Below are positions 40,217 through 50,497 of a stretch of 64,000 nucleotides of DNA, one piece after another. The stretch lies in assembly GCA_903839725.1 (NCBI GenBank), contig CAIMDG010000002.1, forward strand, positions 241,117-305,116. Direction: 5' to 3'. A program made the translations under genes and the position numbers. How positions within the stretch are numbered: the stretch's first letter is position 1; each line of letters opens with the position of its first letter. Below the pieces are notes generated by a model. The model saw only the letters and a list, made by a program, of their open reading frames with translations, was not told the origin of the DNA and searched no databases. The DNA comes from an uncultured bacterium (GTDB lineage: Bacteria > Patescibacteriota > Minisyncoccia > Phycocordibacterales > PALSA-1337).

Positions 40217-40546
40217 CTATCGAAGATCTTTGACTCCCGATTTTTTGAAACTTTCACTCATACCACGTTGTGCTTGGATGAGCTCTTCATTGAGTTCACG
40301 AATACGCTGTTCGTTGGTACGTATTCTTGTATTCATTTCCATCATTTCTTTTTGATCTTTCATTCTTTTTCCAACGTCCGTGTGCATTTTTTGTTGCATC
40401 TCAGCCATTTCTGCGTCGATATTGTTTACTTCGACTTGTTTTTTTGCTAGAAATTCACGCTCAACTTGTAATTCATGGAGCTCTTTTTGTATTTCTTGTT
40501 TACTTTTCTGGATTGCTTCTGTGAAATTTTTATTGATTGGTTGCAT
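40217..40546 (-). CDS. Coiled-coil hypothetical protein
   Basis: E/K/Q/M-rich heptads, downstream of the PilB-like gene. Confidence 0.7.
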   Translation of the reverse strand: MQPINKNFTEAIQKSKQEIQKELHELQVEREFLAKKQVEVNNIDAEMAEMQQKMHTDVGKRMKDQKEMMEMNTRIRTNEQRIRELNEELIQAQRGMSESFKKSGVKDLR

Positions 40547-40557
40547 ATATGTATATG

Positions 40558-42231
40558 TTAATCATTAAGCGAGATAACACGTTCAAGTTCTTCGATCGAC
40601 GTACGACCATCGAGCACTTTAAGAATACCATCTTGTTTCATTGTAAGTAACCCTTGTCCTTTTGCTGCTGCCCAAATTTCACGTTCACTCGGACTCATTT
40701 CAACTGCATCCTCAACTTTCTCATCAGTAAGAATCGCCTCATAAACACCGACACGGCCTTTGTAGCCAGTTCCGTTACATGCATCACAACCTACAGCAGT
40801 CCACATCTTTCCTCGTTCTGCAGGAATGAGAGCCTTGTCTTCAATGGATTGGATAGTTGATTCTATTTCTTTTTGATTTTCTCCTTCAATGGAAATTTCT
40901 TTTTTACATACTTTACAGAGAGTGCGCACGAGACGTTGTGCCATCGCCACACGCAATGCAGACGTAATGATCTTTGGGTTGATACCGAGGTCGATCAAGC
41001 GGGGGAATGTACCTGCAGCATCATTGGTGTGTAGAGTAGAGAACACCAAGTGGCCAGTAAGGGCCGAGTTGATGGCTATATCAGCGGTTTCATTGTCACG
41101 GATTTCACCGATCATGATAACGTCAGGGTCTTGTCGAACCGCAGCACGGAGACCTTCGGCAAAGCTATATCCCTTCTCATTCACTTGAGTTTGTACGATA
41201 CCAGGAAGGTGGTATTCGATAGGGTCTTCGAGGGTAATGATCTTGATCTGTGGGTCACGGATTTTTTTCAAGAATGCATAGAGCGTCGTGGTTTTTCCTG
41301 AACCTGTTGGGCCAGTGGTGAGGAGCATGCCGTCAGGACGATTCATTTCTCTTTCGAGGATAGCAAGTAACTTTGGGTGAATACCCATGTCCTCGAGTTT
41401 TACGTCGATTGATTTTGGGTTGAGGAGACGCATAACGATAGATTCATTGTATGCACCAGGAAGTACGGATACACGGACTTCAATATCCCCGATGGGAAGA
41501 CGGATACTGAAACGTCCATCCTGAGAATCTTTTTTGATGTTCAATTTCATTCCTGAGAGCAGTTTGATACGTGACAACATCAGTGCATATGTTTCAGGAT
41601 CAAAACGGGTGACTTCCTGGAGCACACCATCGAGACGATATCTGAGTAATATGTACATTTCCTCTGGCTCAAGGTGCACGTCGGAAGCGTTGACAGCAAG
41701 TGCTCCTGCAAGAATCGTTTCGAGGATGCGGGATATGCGATAGCTCTTATTTGTTTTCAAGAGTTCTTCGATGGCTGTCACGATAGAAGGGAGGCTCTTT
41801 GCCTTATCGATGATTTCTGTTATTTCATCGCTTGATATTTCGAGTGATCCACCTTTACTTTCATATGCGAATGAAAGGTCTTTGTACATGAGCCATGCTT
41901 TTTCGAGACCTTGTGTAGAGGTGATATAGAGTTCGGGTTTGTATCCTTTTGCAACAATCTTATTGAGAACCTCTCCAACTTGAGGGTCTTGCGGATTTCG
42001 CGCAGCAATTTTGATCAGTTTGTCAGACAGTGCGTACGCTGCCATCTTTGTAGTACGAGCTGTTGTCTCGTCTATGAAACGAAGTGCATCAGTATTGATG
42101 GGAGTTCCAAGAAGGTTCACATACTCGATATTGTATTTTGCTGAGAGGATTTGTACGAGATCCTCTTCTTCTTTGTGCATAAGGTCGCCAAGTCTGCGAT
42201 TTTGCTTATCTTCGTCAAAATGGATAGTCAT
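40558..42231 (-). CDS. pilB: GspE/PilB type IV pilus assembly ATPase
   Basis: ASDVHLEP, GPTGSGKTTTLY, EDPIEY, RQDPDVIMIGEIRD, GYKGR. Confidence 0.92.
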   Translation of the reverse strand: MTIHFDEDKQNRRLGDLMHKEEEDLVQILSAKYNIEYVNLLGTPINTDALRFIDETTARTTKMAAYALSDKLIKIAARNPQDPQVGEVLNKIVAKGYKPELYITSTQGLEKAWLMYKDLSFAYESKGGSLEISSDEITEIIDKAKSLPSIVTAIEELLKTNKSYRISRILETILAGALAVNASDVHLEPEEMYILLRYRLDGVLQEVTRFDPETYALMLSRIKLLSGMKLNIKKDSQDGRFSIRLPIGDIEVRVSVLPGAYNESIVMRLLNPKSIDVKLEDMGIHPKLLAILEREMNRPDGMLLTTGPTGSGKTTTLYAFLKKIRDPQIKIITLEDPIEYHLPGIVQTQVNEKGYSFAEGLRAAVRQDPDVIMIGEIRDNETADIAINSALTGHLVFSTLHTNDAAGTFPRLIDLGINPKIITSALRVAMAQRLVRTLCKVCKKEISIEGENQKEIESTIQSIEDKALIPAERGKMWTAVGCDACNGTGYKGRVGVYEAILTDEKVEDAVEMSPSEREIWAAAKGQGLLTMKQDGILKVLDGRTSIEELERVISLND

Positions 42232-42307
42232 ATGAGTACTAGTATATCAGCCCTATGAGCTCTCGTGAACGTCGAAAACAGGGTATAACAGAGCCCTTTT
42301 ATGGGTA

Positions 42308-42335
42308 TTGACAATGCCCCTCAATATGGTATAAT
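42308..42335 (+). promoter_or_regulatory. Consensus sigma70 promoter
   Basis: TTGACA-N16-TATAAT with extended -10 TG. Confidence 0.75.
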
Positions 42336-42409
42336 AGTAACAAATCTCGGAGGTGGCCCTCTTGAGATACATTTCAACAAAAACGTCGGTTGTCGGTCTT
42401 TAAAAACTT

Positions 42410-43099
42410 ATGAAAACAAACAAGATTGGCCTGTTGGCCATGTCGGTAATGGTCGTCATGTTGGCGACCGGGTGTGCAGTAACCAAGAATAACATCACTC
42501 AAGATGCGTCTGGTTATCGGAACACGTCGTTCCAGATCGGGACTCCGACCATAGACACCCACACGCCGGGCATGCACTTCAAGAAACCGGTCATGATTCC
42601 GGTTCCTACGGGTGCCAAGCAGCCCAAGCAACTCTCCCAAGCCCAAGGTCAGCAAGACCAACAGGTGCAGGGGGCAGTGGTGGTTCCGGATGTGTCGAGC
42701 ATCTGCTCGACGTGCGACGTTCAAGTCGCATCGTCGGATTGGACGAGTTCCACTCCGAACAACCAACAGACCCAAGACTTGCAAGCCTCGGAACCCAAGC
42801 CTCAATACCTGATGGCTTGGGAGGAAGGAGCTTCGCAAGCCTCTCCCGGAAACGTCATCGTTCATGATGGCATCTGGGGAAATGGTTGGGTCACTGGTGG
42901 GACTTGGTTCGGCGGTAGTCGTTCCTCCGGTTGGTTCGGAGGTTCGCGCGGCCATAGTATTCACAACAGATCAGTTGTGAGCCGTGGGCACTACAGTAGT
43001 TGTCGTCCAACGGTCAGTCGCACTCGTTGTGTGACGCCAAGCCGCTCGACGTGCACAACGCCGGCGCGTAGTGGTCATTCAGGCCATTCAGGCCGCTAG
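42410..43099 (+). CDS. Orphan lipoprotein-like protein with low-complexity G/S/R/H/C tail
   Basis: Signal peptide ending LATGC; own promoter and terminator. Confidence 0.7.
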   Translation: MKTNKIGLLAMSVMVVMLATGCAVTKNNITQDASGYRNTSFQIGTPTIDTHTPGMHFKKPVMIPVPTGAKQPKQLSQAQGQQDQQVQGAVVVPDVSSICSTCDVQVASSDWTSSTPNNQQTQDLQASEPKPQYLMAWEEGASQASPGNVIVHDGIWGNGWVTGGTWFGGSRSSGWFGGSRGHSIHNRSVVSRGHYSSCRPTVSRTRCVTPSRSTCTTPARSGHSGHSGR

Positions 43100-43177
43100 T
43101 AGTTCTTTTGCAATCGCGAGCCAGCCATCTTTCACAAGGTGGCTGTCTTTTTTTATACGGTGCGCTATGATTCGAGC

Positions 43178-43651
43178 ATGAAGATATTTACGTCACATTC
43201 TCTCGATGAAACACGCGACATTGCAAAGCAATGGTTAATCGATATTTCAAATATATATAATGATCCTGACGAAGCACTGGTAGTTGGTCTCTCAGGCCAC
43301 CTTGGTGCAGGTAAAACTGCTTTTGTAAAATGTATTGCGAGTGAGCTCGGAATTCAAGGTGAAATAACCAGTCCAACATTCGTACTCATGAAGATGTATG
43401 AAATTAAGTTAAAAGGAAAAGATCAAAAGGTAAAAGTAGACGTGCCATGGAAGCGTCTTGTGCACATTGATGCGTATAGACTTGAAAGGAGAGAGGAGCT
43501 CGATGCTTTGAATTGGGAACAGTTAGTAGCTGACAAGAATAATCTCATCCTTATAGAGTGGCCAGAACAGGTTGGTTTGAAGGATTTTGAGAAATCTGCA
43601 CATATTAAATTTGAAATAAAAGAGGGGGTGCATACTATTGCAGTTGCGTAG
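43178..43651 (+). CDS. tsaE: tRNA t6A biosynthesis ATPase TsaE
   Basis: GHLGAGKT, SPTF, HIDAYRL, IEWPE. Confidence 0.95.
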   Translation: MKIFTSHSLDETRDIAKQWLIDISNIYNDPDEALVVGLSGHLGAGKTAFVKCIASELGIQGEITSPTFVLMKMYEIKLKGKDQKVKVDVPWKRLVHIDAYRLERREELDALNWEQLVADKNNLILIEWPEQVGLKDFEKSAHIKFEIKEGVHTIAVA

Positions 43652-43662
43652 TTTAAGCTTAT

Positions 43663-43787
43663 CGTATCTCTAGACACACTGCCCGTCGAAACAATTCCCA
43701 GCGGGATATCGTCTTTTAATATTATACTTTAGGCACATATATTAGAACGTCACGGATGTTTCGACGGGCAGTGTGTCTAGAGATACG
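43663..43787 (+). repeat. Hairpin element family A, copy A3
   Basis: 31-bp perfect arms 43663-43693 / 43757-43787 around a 63-nt core. Confidence 0.93.
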
Positions 43788-43816
43788 TTACTTCAATACT
43801 GGTGTACAATATACCT

Positions 43817-46324
43817 ATGGCAAAGAAATCAGCCGAACATAATAAAAGACTCATATTGCTCGATGCACACGCTATTTTGCATCGTGCATATCATGCGCTA
43901 CCTGATTTCGCGACTGCAAAAGGAGAACCAACCGGTGCTTTGTACGGACTTTCAACTATGGTAATCAAAGCGATTGAAGATTTGAAACCTGATTATCTCG
44001 TTGCATGTTACGACTTGAAAGGTCCTACATATCGTCATGAATTGTATAAAGAATATAAAGCAGGTAGAAAAGCTGTTGAGGATGATTTGATTGCTCAGAT
44101 GAAACGATCACGCGATATTTTTACTGTTCTCAATATTCCCATTTATGATAAACAAGGATTTGAAGCTGACGACATGCTCGGCACTATTGTTGAACAAGTA
44201 AAAAAACAGAAACTACCAATCGATATCATTATTGCTTCAGGAGATATGGACACGTTGCAGCTCGTAGATGATAAGCGTGTTCAGGTGTACACCTTGAAGA
44301 AGGGTATCAAAGACACCATCATGTATGACGAGGAAGGCGTGAAGACTCGATTTGGTTTTGGACCCGAACTCATTCCTGACTACAAAGGTCTTCGAGGTGA
44401 TCCGTCTGATAATATCGTCGGTGTAAAAGGTATTGGCGAAAAGACTGCAACAATTCTTATTACTACATTTGGAACGATCGAGAACATGTATGTTGAGCTT
44501 GAAGCAGGTCATGAACAGAAATTTAGTGATGCAGGTATCACTCCACGCATAATCCAGTTACTCAAAGATAATAAAGAAGAAGCAGAATTCAGTAAGATGC
44601 TCGCAACCATTCGTCGTGATGCACCTATCGAATTTGTTGTACCCGAGAAAACATTCAAGGAAGCCCTCGACACAAAAAAAGTCACCGAACTCTGGAACGA
44701 ACTCGAATTTCGCACTCTTTCCCAGCGTCTCAAAAATGTTGTTGAAGGCAAAGCAAAGGGGATGAGCGTTACGTCTGCATCTAGTAACGGCACAGTCGAC
44801 TCCGCAGGCGCAAGCGATCTCCCGACTTCGACCGAAGGGAGAACGAAGGGAGATACGCTTACGCCGAAAGGAGGCGGTGTAAATACATCAGAAACCGACG
44901 GTCAGTCAGGCCTTTTTCCAGTAATCCCCAAAGCAGAGCTTGAAACAACATCCCTCGCGCTCTGGTTGGCAAACTCCAACCTCACCAACCCAACTCTCGA
45001 AGACATACTTACATTCGCGAATGTTGAAGATTTCGCTAGCGCAAAGAAAATTATCTTTGATCAACTCGACGCAAAGGGTCTTCGAAAAGTGTATGAAAAT
45101 ATCGAACTACCACTTATTCCTATTGTAGAAAAAATGGAAAAGCGTGGGGTGAAGATAGATCGAAAGGTCTTGAATCATTTGGCGACAACATATCACGCAG
45201 AAGTGGCATCGTTAGAAAAAAGAATTTACGAGTTAGCAGGCATGGAATTTAATATTAGTTCACCAAAACAGTTAGGTGAGGTTCTTTTTGATAAACTTGG
45301 GCTCGTTGGTAAAAATATGAAGAAGACTGGTAGTGGGGCACGATCAACACGTGAATCCGAACTTGAGAAATTGAGAGATCTACATCCAATCGTGCCACTT
45401 ATTTTCGAATATCGAGAATTATCAAAACTTCTTGGAACATATATAGATGCTATTCCGCCACTACTCGATGATCAGGATCGTTTGCATACACACTTCCTGC
45501 AGACAGGAACTACGACTGGTCGTATGGCTTCACAAAATCCAAATATTCAGAATATTCCGATAAAGTCGGAATTGGGCAAAGCGATTCGTACCGCATTTAT
45601 CGCCGAAAAGGGATATGTATTAGCAAGTTTTGATTATTCGCAGGTTGAATTGCGTATTGCTGCCTTCATGTCAGGTGATCAAAGGTTGATTGATATTTTC
45701 AAAAATGGTGAAGATGTACATACGTCAGTGGCGGCTTCCGTATTCAAGGTACCGATGAATGAAGTAACTTCAGAAATGCGTCGTCGTGCAAAGGTTATTA
45801 ACTTCGGCATCATGTATGGTATGGGTGTTCTTGCGCTCAAACAGAATCTCGGAACAAGTCGTGACGAAGCACAACAGTATTTGAATAATTATTTTGAAAC
45901 ATTTTCGGGTTTGGCGAGTTATCTCGACAAGGTCAAAGCAGAGACTGCTCAAAGAGGGTATACAGAAACATTTTTTGGTCGTCGTCGTTATTTTGAAGGT
46001 ATCAATTCCAAGATTCCATTTATTCGTGCGGCCGCTGAACGTATGGCTATCAATGCACCAGTGCAGGGAACAGGTGCGGACATCATCAAACTCGCGATGA
46101 TAAAGATCGATCAGTATATAGCTGAACACACGTTGGCGGATGTTATATCACCACTTCTCCAAGTGCATGATGAACTTATCTATGAGATCAAGAAAGATGC
46201 GGCTGAAAAGATCGTTTCTGAGATTAAAAAGCTTATGGAAACAGTTATTGACGCCAAAGACATTCACGGTATTGTGCTCAAAGCATCTGCTGATGTGGGT
46301 ATGAATTGGGGAGAGCTGAAATAG
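43817..46324 (+). CDS. polA: DNA polymerase I (5'-3' exonuclease + polymerase; 3'-5' exonuclease region reduced)
   Basis: EADD, GDPSDNI.GVKGIGEK, TGRMAS.NPNIQNIP, DYSQVELR, AKVINFGIMYG, LQVHDEL. Confidence 0.97.
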   Translation: MAKKSAEHNKRLILLDAHAILHRAYHALPDFATAKGEPTGALYGLSTMVIKAIEDLKPDYLVACYDLKGPTYRHELYKEYKAGRKAVEDDLIAQMKRSRDIFTVLNIPIYDKQGFEADDMLGTIVEQVKKQKLPIDIIIASGDMDTLQLVDDKRVQVYTLKKGIKDTIMYDEEGVKTRFGFGPELIPDYKGLRGDPSDNIVGVKGIGEKTATILITTFGTIENMYVELEAGHEQKFSDAGITPRIIQLLKDNKEEAEFSKMLATIRRDAPIEFVVPEKTFKEALDTKKVTELWNELEFRTLSQRLKNVVEGKAKGMSVTSASSNGTVDSAGASDLPTSTEGRTKGDTLTPKGGGVNTSETDGQSGLFPVIPKAELETTSLALWLANSNLTNPTLEDILTFANVEDFASAKKIIFDQLDAKGLRKVYENIELPLIPIVEKMEKRGVKIDRKVLNHLATTYHAEVASLEKRIYELAGMEFNISSPKQLGEVLFDKLGLVGKNMKKTGSGARSTRESELEKLRDLHPIVPLIFEYRELSKLLGTYIDAIPPLLDDQDRLHTHFLQTGTTTGRMASQNPNIQNIPIKSELGKAIRTAFIAEKGYVLASFDYSQVELRIAAFMSGDQRLIDIFKNGEDVHTSVAASVFKVPMNEVTSEMRRRAKVINFGIMYGMGVLALKQNLGTSRDEAQQYLNNYFETFSGLASYLDKVKAETAQRGYTETFFGRRRYFEGINSKIPFIRAAAERMAINAPVQGTGADIIKLAMIKIDQYIAEHTLADVISPLLQVHDELIYEIKKDAAEKIVSEIKKLMETVIDAKDIHGIVLKASADVGMNWGELK

Positions 46325-46439
46325 GGAAGATACGTTTGCTTACGAATGATAGACGAAGAGGAATGTATTGACATTGACACTACTATCTAGTTGTGGTATT
46401 TTTTGCCTTGAACATACGCAACAACGGAATCTTTGTCCT

Positions 46440-46751
46440 ATGAAAAATCAATCGCTTCATGAAGGTGTAGGGCCGTTTTTGGCCTTAGAATTGGGGGTTG
46501 AAATAACTCACCAATGGACCAGTAACAACTCTGTCGACTTCGAATTTAAACCAAATCCCGAGAAGCAGATATTCGGGACGCACATGAAAGATGCGTTACA
46601 AAAATACTACTCACCCAGCAAAGGTAATCAATTTTCAGCACTGGATGAACACTCAGGTATGGGATCGCTGATTGATGGGGTAAATATCAGTCACTCAGTG
46701 GCCTTTTCGATTTACACAGGCAGCATCAGATTAACCATTGAGGAAATATGA
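46440..46751 (+). CDS. Hypothetical protein
   Basis: ORF coupled (ATGA overlap) to the next gene; start moved to ATG 46440. Confidence 0.55.
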   Translation: MKNQSLHEGVGPFLALELGVEITHQWTSNNSVDFEFKPNPEKQIFGTHMKDALQKYYSPSKGNQFSALDEHSGMGSLIDGVNISHSVAFSIYTGSIRLTIEEI

Positions 46752-47047
46752 GCAATACACTAAGCAGGTTTCTCAACAATAAACTTGGAGGCAAACTCAT
46801 TCTGGATTCTCGTTGGATTCCAGACCGTAAATTCAAGATCGAATGCGGACAGATCGTCCCTTCGGTTTCATCAATTGCGAAACTCGTGCGTGAATACTAC
46901 GGGGCACAGTTTGTTGATGTTGTATTTGATGAATTCGACAATTTGATGAGTGAGTTTACAATGCTCGGCCAGCGGTATTGGATCGTCATCACTCCGATCT
47001 ATTTGTCACACCCACCCTTCATTCTTGTGAATATCGTGCCGTTATAA
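46748..47047 (+). CDS. Hypothetical protein
   Basis: GAGG upstream; followed by a terminator hairpin. Confidence 0.55.
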   Translation: MSNTLSRFLNNKLGGKLILDSRWIPDRKFKIECGQIVPSVSSIAKLVREYYGAQFVDVVFDEFDNLMSEFTMLGQRYWIVITPIYLSHPPFILVNIVPL

Positions 47048-47117
47048 TTTTAGTTTGAACCAAGGTGTCCAGAGAGCAGTCTCTGGCACTTTTTTTATTA
47101 GAGCATATACTGTAGGC

Positions 47118-47855
47118 ATGTTATATGTTTTTCATGGCACCGATATGGCTCAGTCAGCTCACAAAGCTCATGCCTTGGTCAATTCACTGCGTAGTAAGAA
47201 ACCTGATGCGTCATTTGTCAGGATTGAGGCAAGTTCCTGGAATTCATCGATAATTCAAGAACATGGGGGAGGGCAAGGCCTCTTTTCTAATAAATATATT
47301 ATTTTACTTGATCGTATCTCTGAGAATGCTGAAGCCAAAGAGGCATTTTCTGATACAGCTTCTATCCTGCACGAATCAACAAACATTTTTATTGTTCTTG
47401 AAGGAAAGTTGAATGCGGATTGGAAAAAAGCATGCGAAAAATATGCAGAGAAAATAGTGGTAAGTGATGAAAAAGTTGATGTTGGCGGAGCGTCAAAAAA
47501 ATCTGATTTTAATATTTTTGCATTGGCCGACGCACTCGGTAGCCGTGATTCATTCATGACATGGTCTATCTATAGACAAGCGGTAGATGCGGGAATAGAA
47601 GCCGAAAGTATTATTGGCACATTATTTTGGCAAGTTAAGTCTATGATTCTTGCCTCAACAGGGAAGAGTGCTGGAGAAACAGGGCTTAGTCCTTTTGTAT
47701 TTAGTAAAGCAAAGAAGCATGCAGGGAATTATTCAAGTGCGGAATTGTATGACCTTGTGAAAGGTTTGATTACTGTGTATCATGATAGTCATCGTGGACT
47801 TGTAGATGCGGAGAGTGGGCTTGAGGTGTTGTTGCTCAAGAATAGGAAGGGGTAA
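47118..47855 (+). CDS. holA: DNA polymerase III delta subunit-like protein (short)
   Basis: MLYVFHG, GLFS..IILL, FNIFALADA, PFV..KA. Confidence 0.75.
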   Translation: MLYVFHGTDMAQSAHKAHALVNSLRSKKPDASFVRIEASSWNSSIIQEHGGGQGLFSNKYIILLDRISENAEAKEAFSDTASILHESTNIFIVLEGKLNADWKKACEKYAEKIVVSDEKVDVGGASKKSDFNIFALADALGSRDSFMTWSIYRQAVDAGIEAESIIGTLFWQVKSMILASTGKSAGETGLSPFVFSKAKKHAGNYSSAELYDLVKGLITVYHDSHRGLVDAESGLEVLLLKNRKG

Positions 47856-47875
47856 TTATTATTTTAACAACTATC

Positions 47876-48409
47876 ATGAATACAGTTCAAAAATTTACAC
47901 TTTTATTTGCACATGTTTTTATTACATATGTAGTTTTCCTGGTTATATTTTGGCCTCTCGCATTTTTGGGAAGTTCCCTAGTCTCTCAAGGCAAATACAT
48001 TAGTGGTGGTATCACTGTGATGATTGCTACTTTTGTTGTTACCTATATTTCGTCGAGAATAATTTCAAAGATGTTTCCTTTTGATAAGGGTGTTAAGCGC
48101 TTTATTATTACAGCCGGTATTATAGGAATTATTTGTTCTGTGGTTAGATTTTTTTACTTGCATAATCCAGTAGAGTCACTGAATATGGCTCTCTTGGGTT
48201 TTGCTCTACTTGGATATGTCCCAGGGTCATTTTTCTTGAGACCACGTTTGCTTGAAGATGGAACAATTCTGCCTGAAAGTAAATCAAAGATTATTAGTAC
48301 GATTAGTCATAGAATCCATTCAATTAAGACAAGTCCAATAATTATTTTGGGAATTGCCGCTCTTATTCTATTGGTAGTAGTTACTTTAATAAATTTAAAA
48401 TATAAGTAG
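47876..48409 (+). CDS. Hypothetical polytopic membrane protein
   Basis: About 5 hydrophobic segments. Confidence 0.65.
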   Translation: MNTVQKFTLLFAHVFITYVVFLVIFWPLAFLGSSLVSQGKYISGGITVMIATFVVTYISSRIISKMFPFDKGVKRFIITAGIIGIICSVVRFFYLHNPVESLNMALLGFALLGYVPGSFFLRPRLLEDGTILPESKSKIISTISHRIHSIKTSPIIILGIAALILLVVVTLINLKYK

Positions 48410-48415
48410 TGATAC

Positions 48416-49249
48416 TTACCCATACACTTCTACCGCTTCGGCAAGCGTGCGAGGGTAACGTTTTGTTTTGTCTGTAGAAAGATTATTTTCCATCATTTCA
48501 GTACTTGTGATGGTATCAGTCCATATTCTTTCACCTTCTGGACCAAGTTCCTGTAGTTTTTTAATGAATAATTTTCTATATTTTTTTATTCCCCCACCAA
48601 TATCGAGATGAAACATCAAGCTAAGGCTCGATGATACTTTTTCAGGGAAATGAGGTTTAGCTTTCTCGCGGGCAATCAATTCATCAACACTACTCGTGCC
48701 TCGGGTTGGATAATTTTTAAACCATAAAGTTGAAGCTTCTTTGTACACATCAAGATCTTTGAAGTATGTAAGAAATGATGAAATTTCTTTGTCTATTACT
48801 TTTTCTGATATAGGGCGAGTACGTACATGCCCCACGTCCTTGTCTTTAAGGTCAGATTTATTTTTTATACTATCTCTAAATTCAAGAATATATTTTTTTG
48901 CAACCTCTTCAGTAAGATAGGTCATATTGGGTGATTGTCCCTCAATTGCCCTGAGAACTTGGTCTTCAGGAACTCCATCTTTCTGGGCTATACGTTCCGA
49001 ATCTATAAATAAGTACCCATCAATGTCACTTCCTACGTGTGCTGTACCTTTTGTCATTGATCCGAACATGCAAAAAGAAAGTACTTCATCGTGCTTTTCT
49101 TTTATTTCATCAACCGCCTCTCTCACCGCTTGCATTCGCTCTTGTGCGAATGTTTCTTTTGATAAAACAAAACGTTTGTTGGTCTCATTCTTGGGACGTT
49201 CTTTGGTGAGTGATTCGAGTTGTTCGGGGGTGTAACCTTCTTTGTTCAT
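48416..49249 (-). CDS. Nucleotidyltransferase-domain protein (pol-beta superfamily)
   Basis: FGSMTKG....SDID motif. Confidence 0.8.
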   Translation of the reverse strand: MNKEGYTPEQLESLTKERPKNETNKRFVLSKETFAQERMQAVREAVDEIKEKHDEVLSFCMFGSMTKGTAHVGSDIDGYLFIDSERIAQKDGVPEDQVLRAIEGQSPNMTYLTEEVAKKYILEFRDSIKNKSDLKDKDVGHVRTRPISEKVIDKEISSFLTYFKDLDVYKEASTLWFKNYPTRGTSSVDELIAREKAKPHFPEKVSSSLSLMFHLDIGGGIKKYRKLFIKKLQELGPEGERIWTDTITSTEMMENNLSTDKTKRYPRTLAEAVEVYG

Positions 49250-49309
49250 TAACCTATTATAATAGAAAGCCCCGATCCTTTCGGATGGGGCGTGAGAGTT
49301 TTGAAAGCT

Positions 49310-49822
49310 TTATCGGCTACAGTCCCACTTGGCACATTCGGCGCAGGGTTTACCTTTTTCTTTTTCCGTCGGAATATGTCCGCAGATTTTACAGCGGAGA
49401 TTGTTTCCGGACTGTTGCTCGCGCATCCCAAGAGTGGCCAGTATTATGCGCAAATTAGCAGCATTCTTGTCCAAGCGATTTGCCAACTCCACAGTCGTCT
49501 CTTGGAACGTGCGAACTATTCTTTGAGATATAAATTCAGATGCGTTCTCGCGACAGACCATATCGAAACTACTTTCGAGCCTCGTTTGTCCTTGTTCCCG
49601 CGGACCATAAGGATCGATGCTCAATATGACAACCTTCACGTTGATGAACAGTGTGTCACACTGACCTTTCTCGTGAGGGGTGATCTTGATGACCTCGATT
49701 GTTTCAGCTGCCTGATTCAATCTTTCGAGGGCAGCGAAGGTGCCTTCGAATATGAGTTGCATCATCTTCCTCGTGGAAGGGTCATTTCCGTAACATTTCT
49801 CATCTATGCTTATCTTGGCCAT
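49310..49822 (-). CDS. Hypothetical protein with C-terminal zinc ribbon
   Basis: CKICG..PCAEC; AGGAGG before ATG. Confidence 0.65.
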   Translation of the reverse strand: MAKISIDEKCYGNDPSTRKMMQLIFEGTFAALERLNQAAETIEVIKITPHEKGQCDTLFINVKVVILSIDPYGPREQGQTRLESSFDMVCRENASEFISQRIVRTFQETTVELANRLDKNAANLRIILATLGMREQQSGNNLRCKICGHIPTEKEKGKPCAECAKWDCSR

Positions 49823-49944
49823 ACGGCCTCCTTCTTTGTTGTGGTGTTAAACACCTTTAATTTCTGCATTTAAATGGTGCAGTTCCATTTCAGATACTAC
49901 TCCGAGGGAATTGATTGTCAACTAGATTGAGGTGTTTGTTCAGG

Positions 49945-50017
49945 TGCGCCCAGTTGGATTCGAACCAACGACCCACTCCTTAAAAGGGAGTTGCTCTACC
50001 ACCTGAGCTATGGGCGC
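49945..50017 (-). tRNA. tRNA-Lys(UUU)
   Basis: Cloverleaf; anticodon loop CTTTTAA; GGTTCGAATCC T-arm. Confidence 0.95.
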
Positions 50018-50079
50018 ATGCATGAAAGAGTACCACAAATTTGTAGTTAGGCAATATTGATACTGTGCCACACAACTTT

Positions 50080-50454
50080 TTATATTCCCCCAGCGTAATC
50101 GAATCCCCAGAATCCTGGACCCAAGAATATTGATGCTACTGCCAATGTGAGCAGAAGAACATAGTAATTCACACCATCAGAAAAGAGTTTTCCTTCACTT
50201 GCTTTGAATCCAAGTTTTATAACAAGGATAGCGGCATTGAGGAGTGCAGCGAGTTGAGTATACAACCCAATAACCAAAAATACTCCAATAACTAGTTCCG
50301 CAATTCCGTAGAGGGTTGTATTGCTTCCTGAACTTTGTCCATGTTTTTTGACTTTCTGATATCCAAAATAGATAAGTGTTCCTCCGAGAACGACGCGAAT
50401 GAGGAACGGTGCGAATTGCTCGTAGGTGTAGAGGGTAGGGAATAGTGAAAGCAT
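50080..50454 (-). CDS. DoxX-family membrane protein
   Basis: RVVLG..G..K, ELVIG...IGLYT, GPG. Confidence 0.8.
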   Translation of the reverse strand: MLSLFPTLYTYEQFAPFLIRVVLGGTLIYFGYQKVKKHGQSSGSNTTLYGIAELVIGVFLVIGLYTQLAALLNAAILVIKLGFKASEGKLFSDGVNYYVLLLTLAVASIFLGPGFWGFDYAGGI

Positions 50455-50497
50455 GATAGTTATTGTTATTGCTATGTTGGTATTATAGTATGCCTAT

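Noticed and set aside
49292-49873. 193-aa plus-strand ORF
   Set aside because: Antisense to 49310-49822, which has a promoter, SD and zinc motif.
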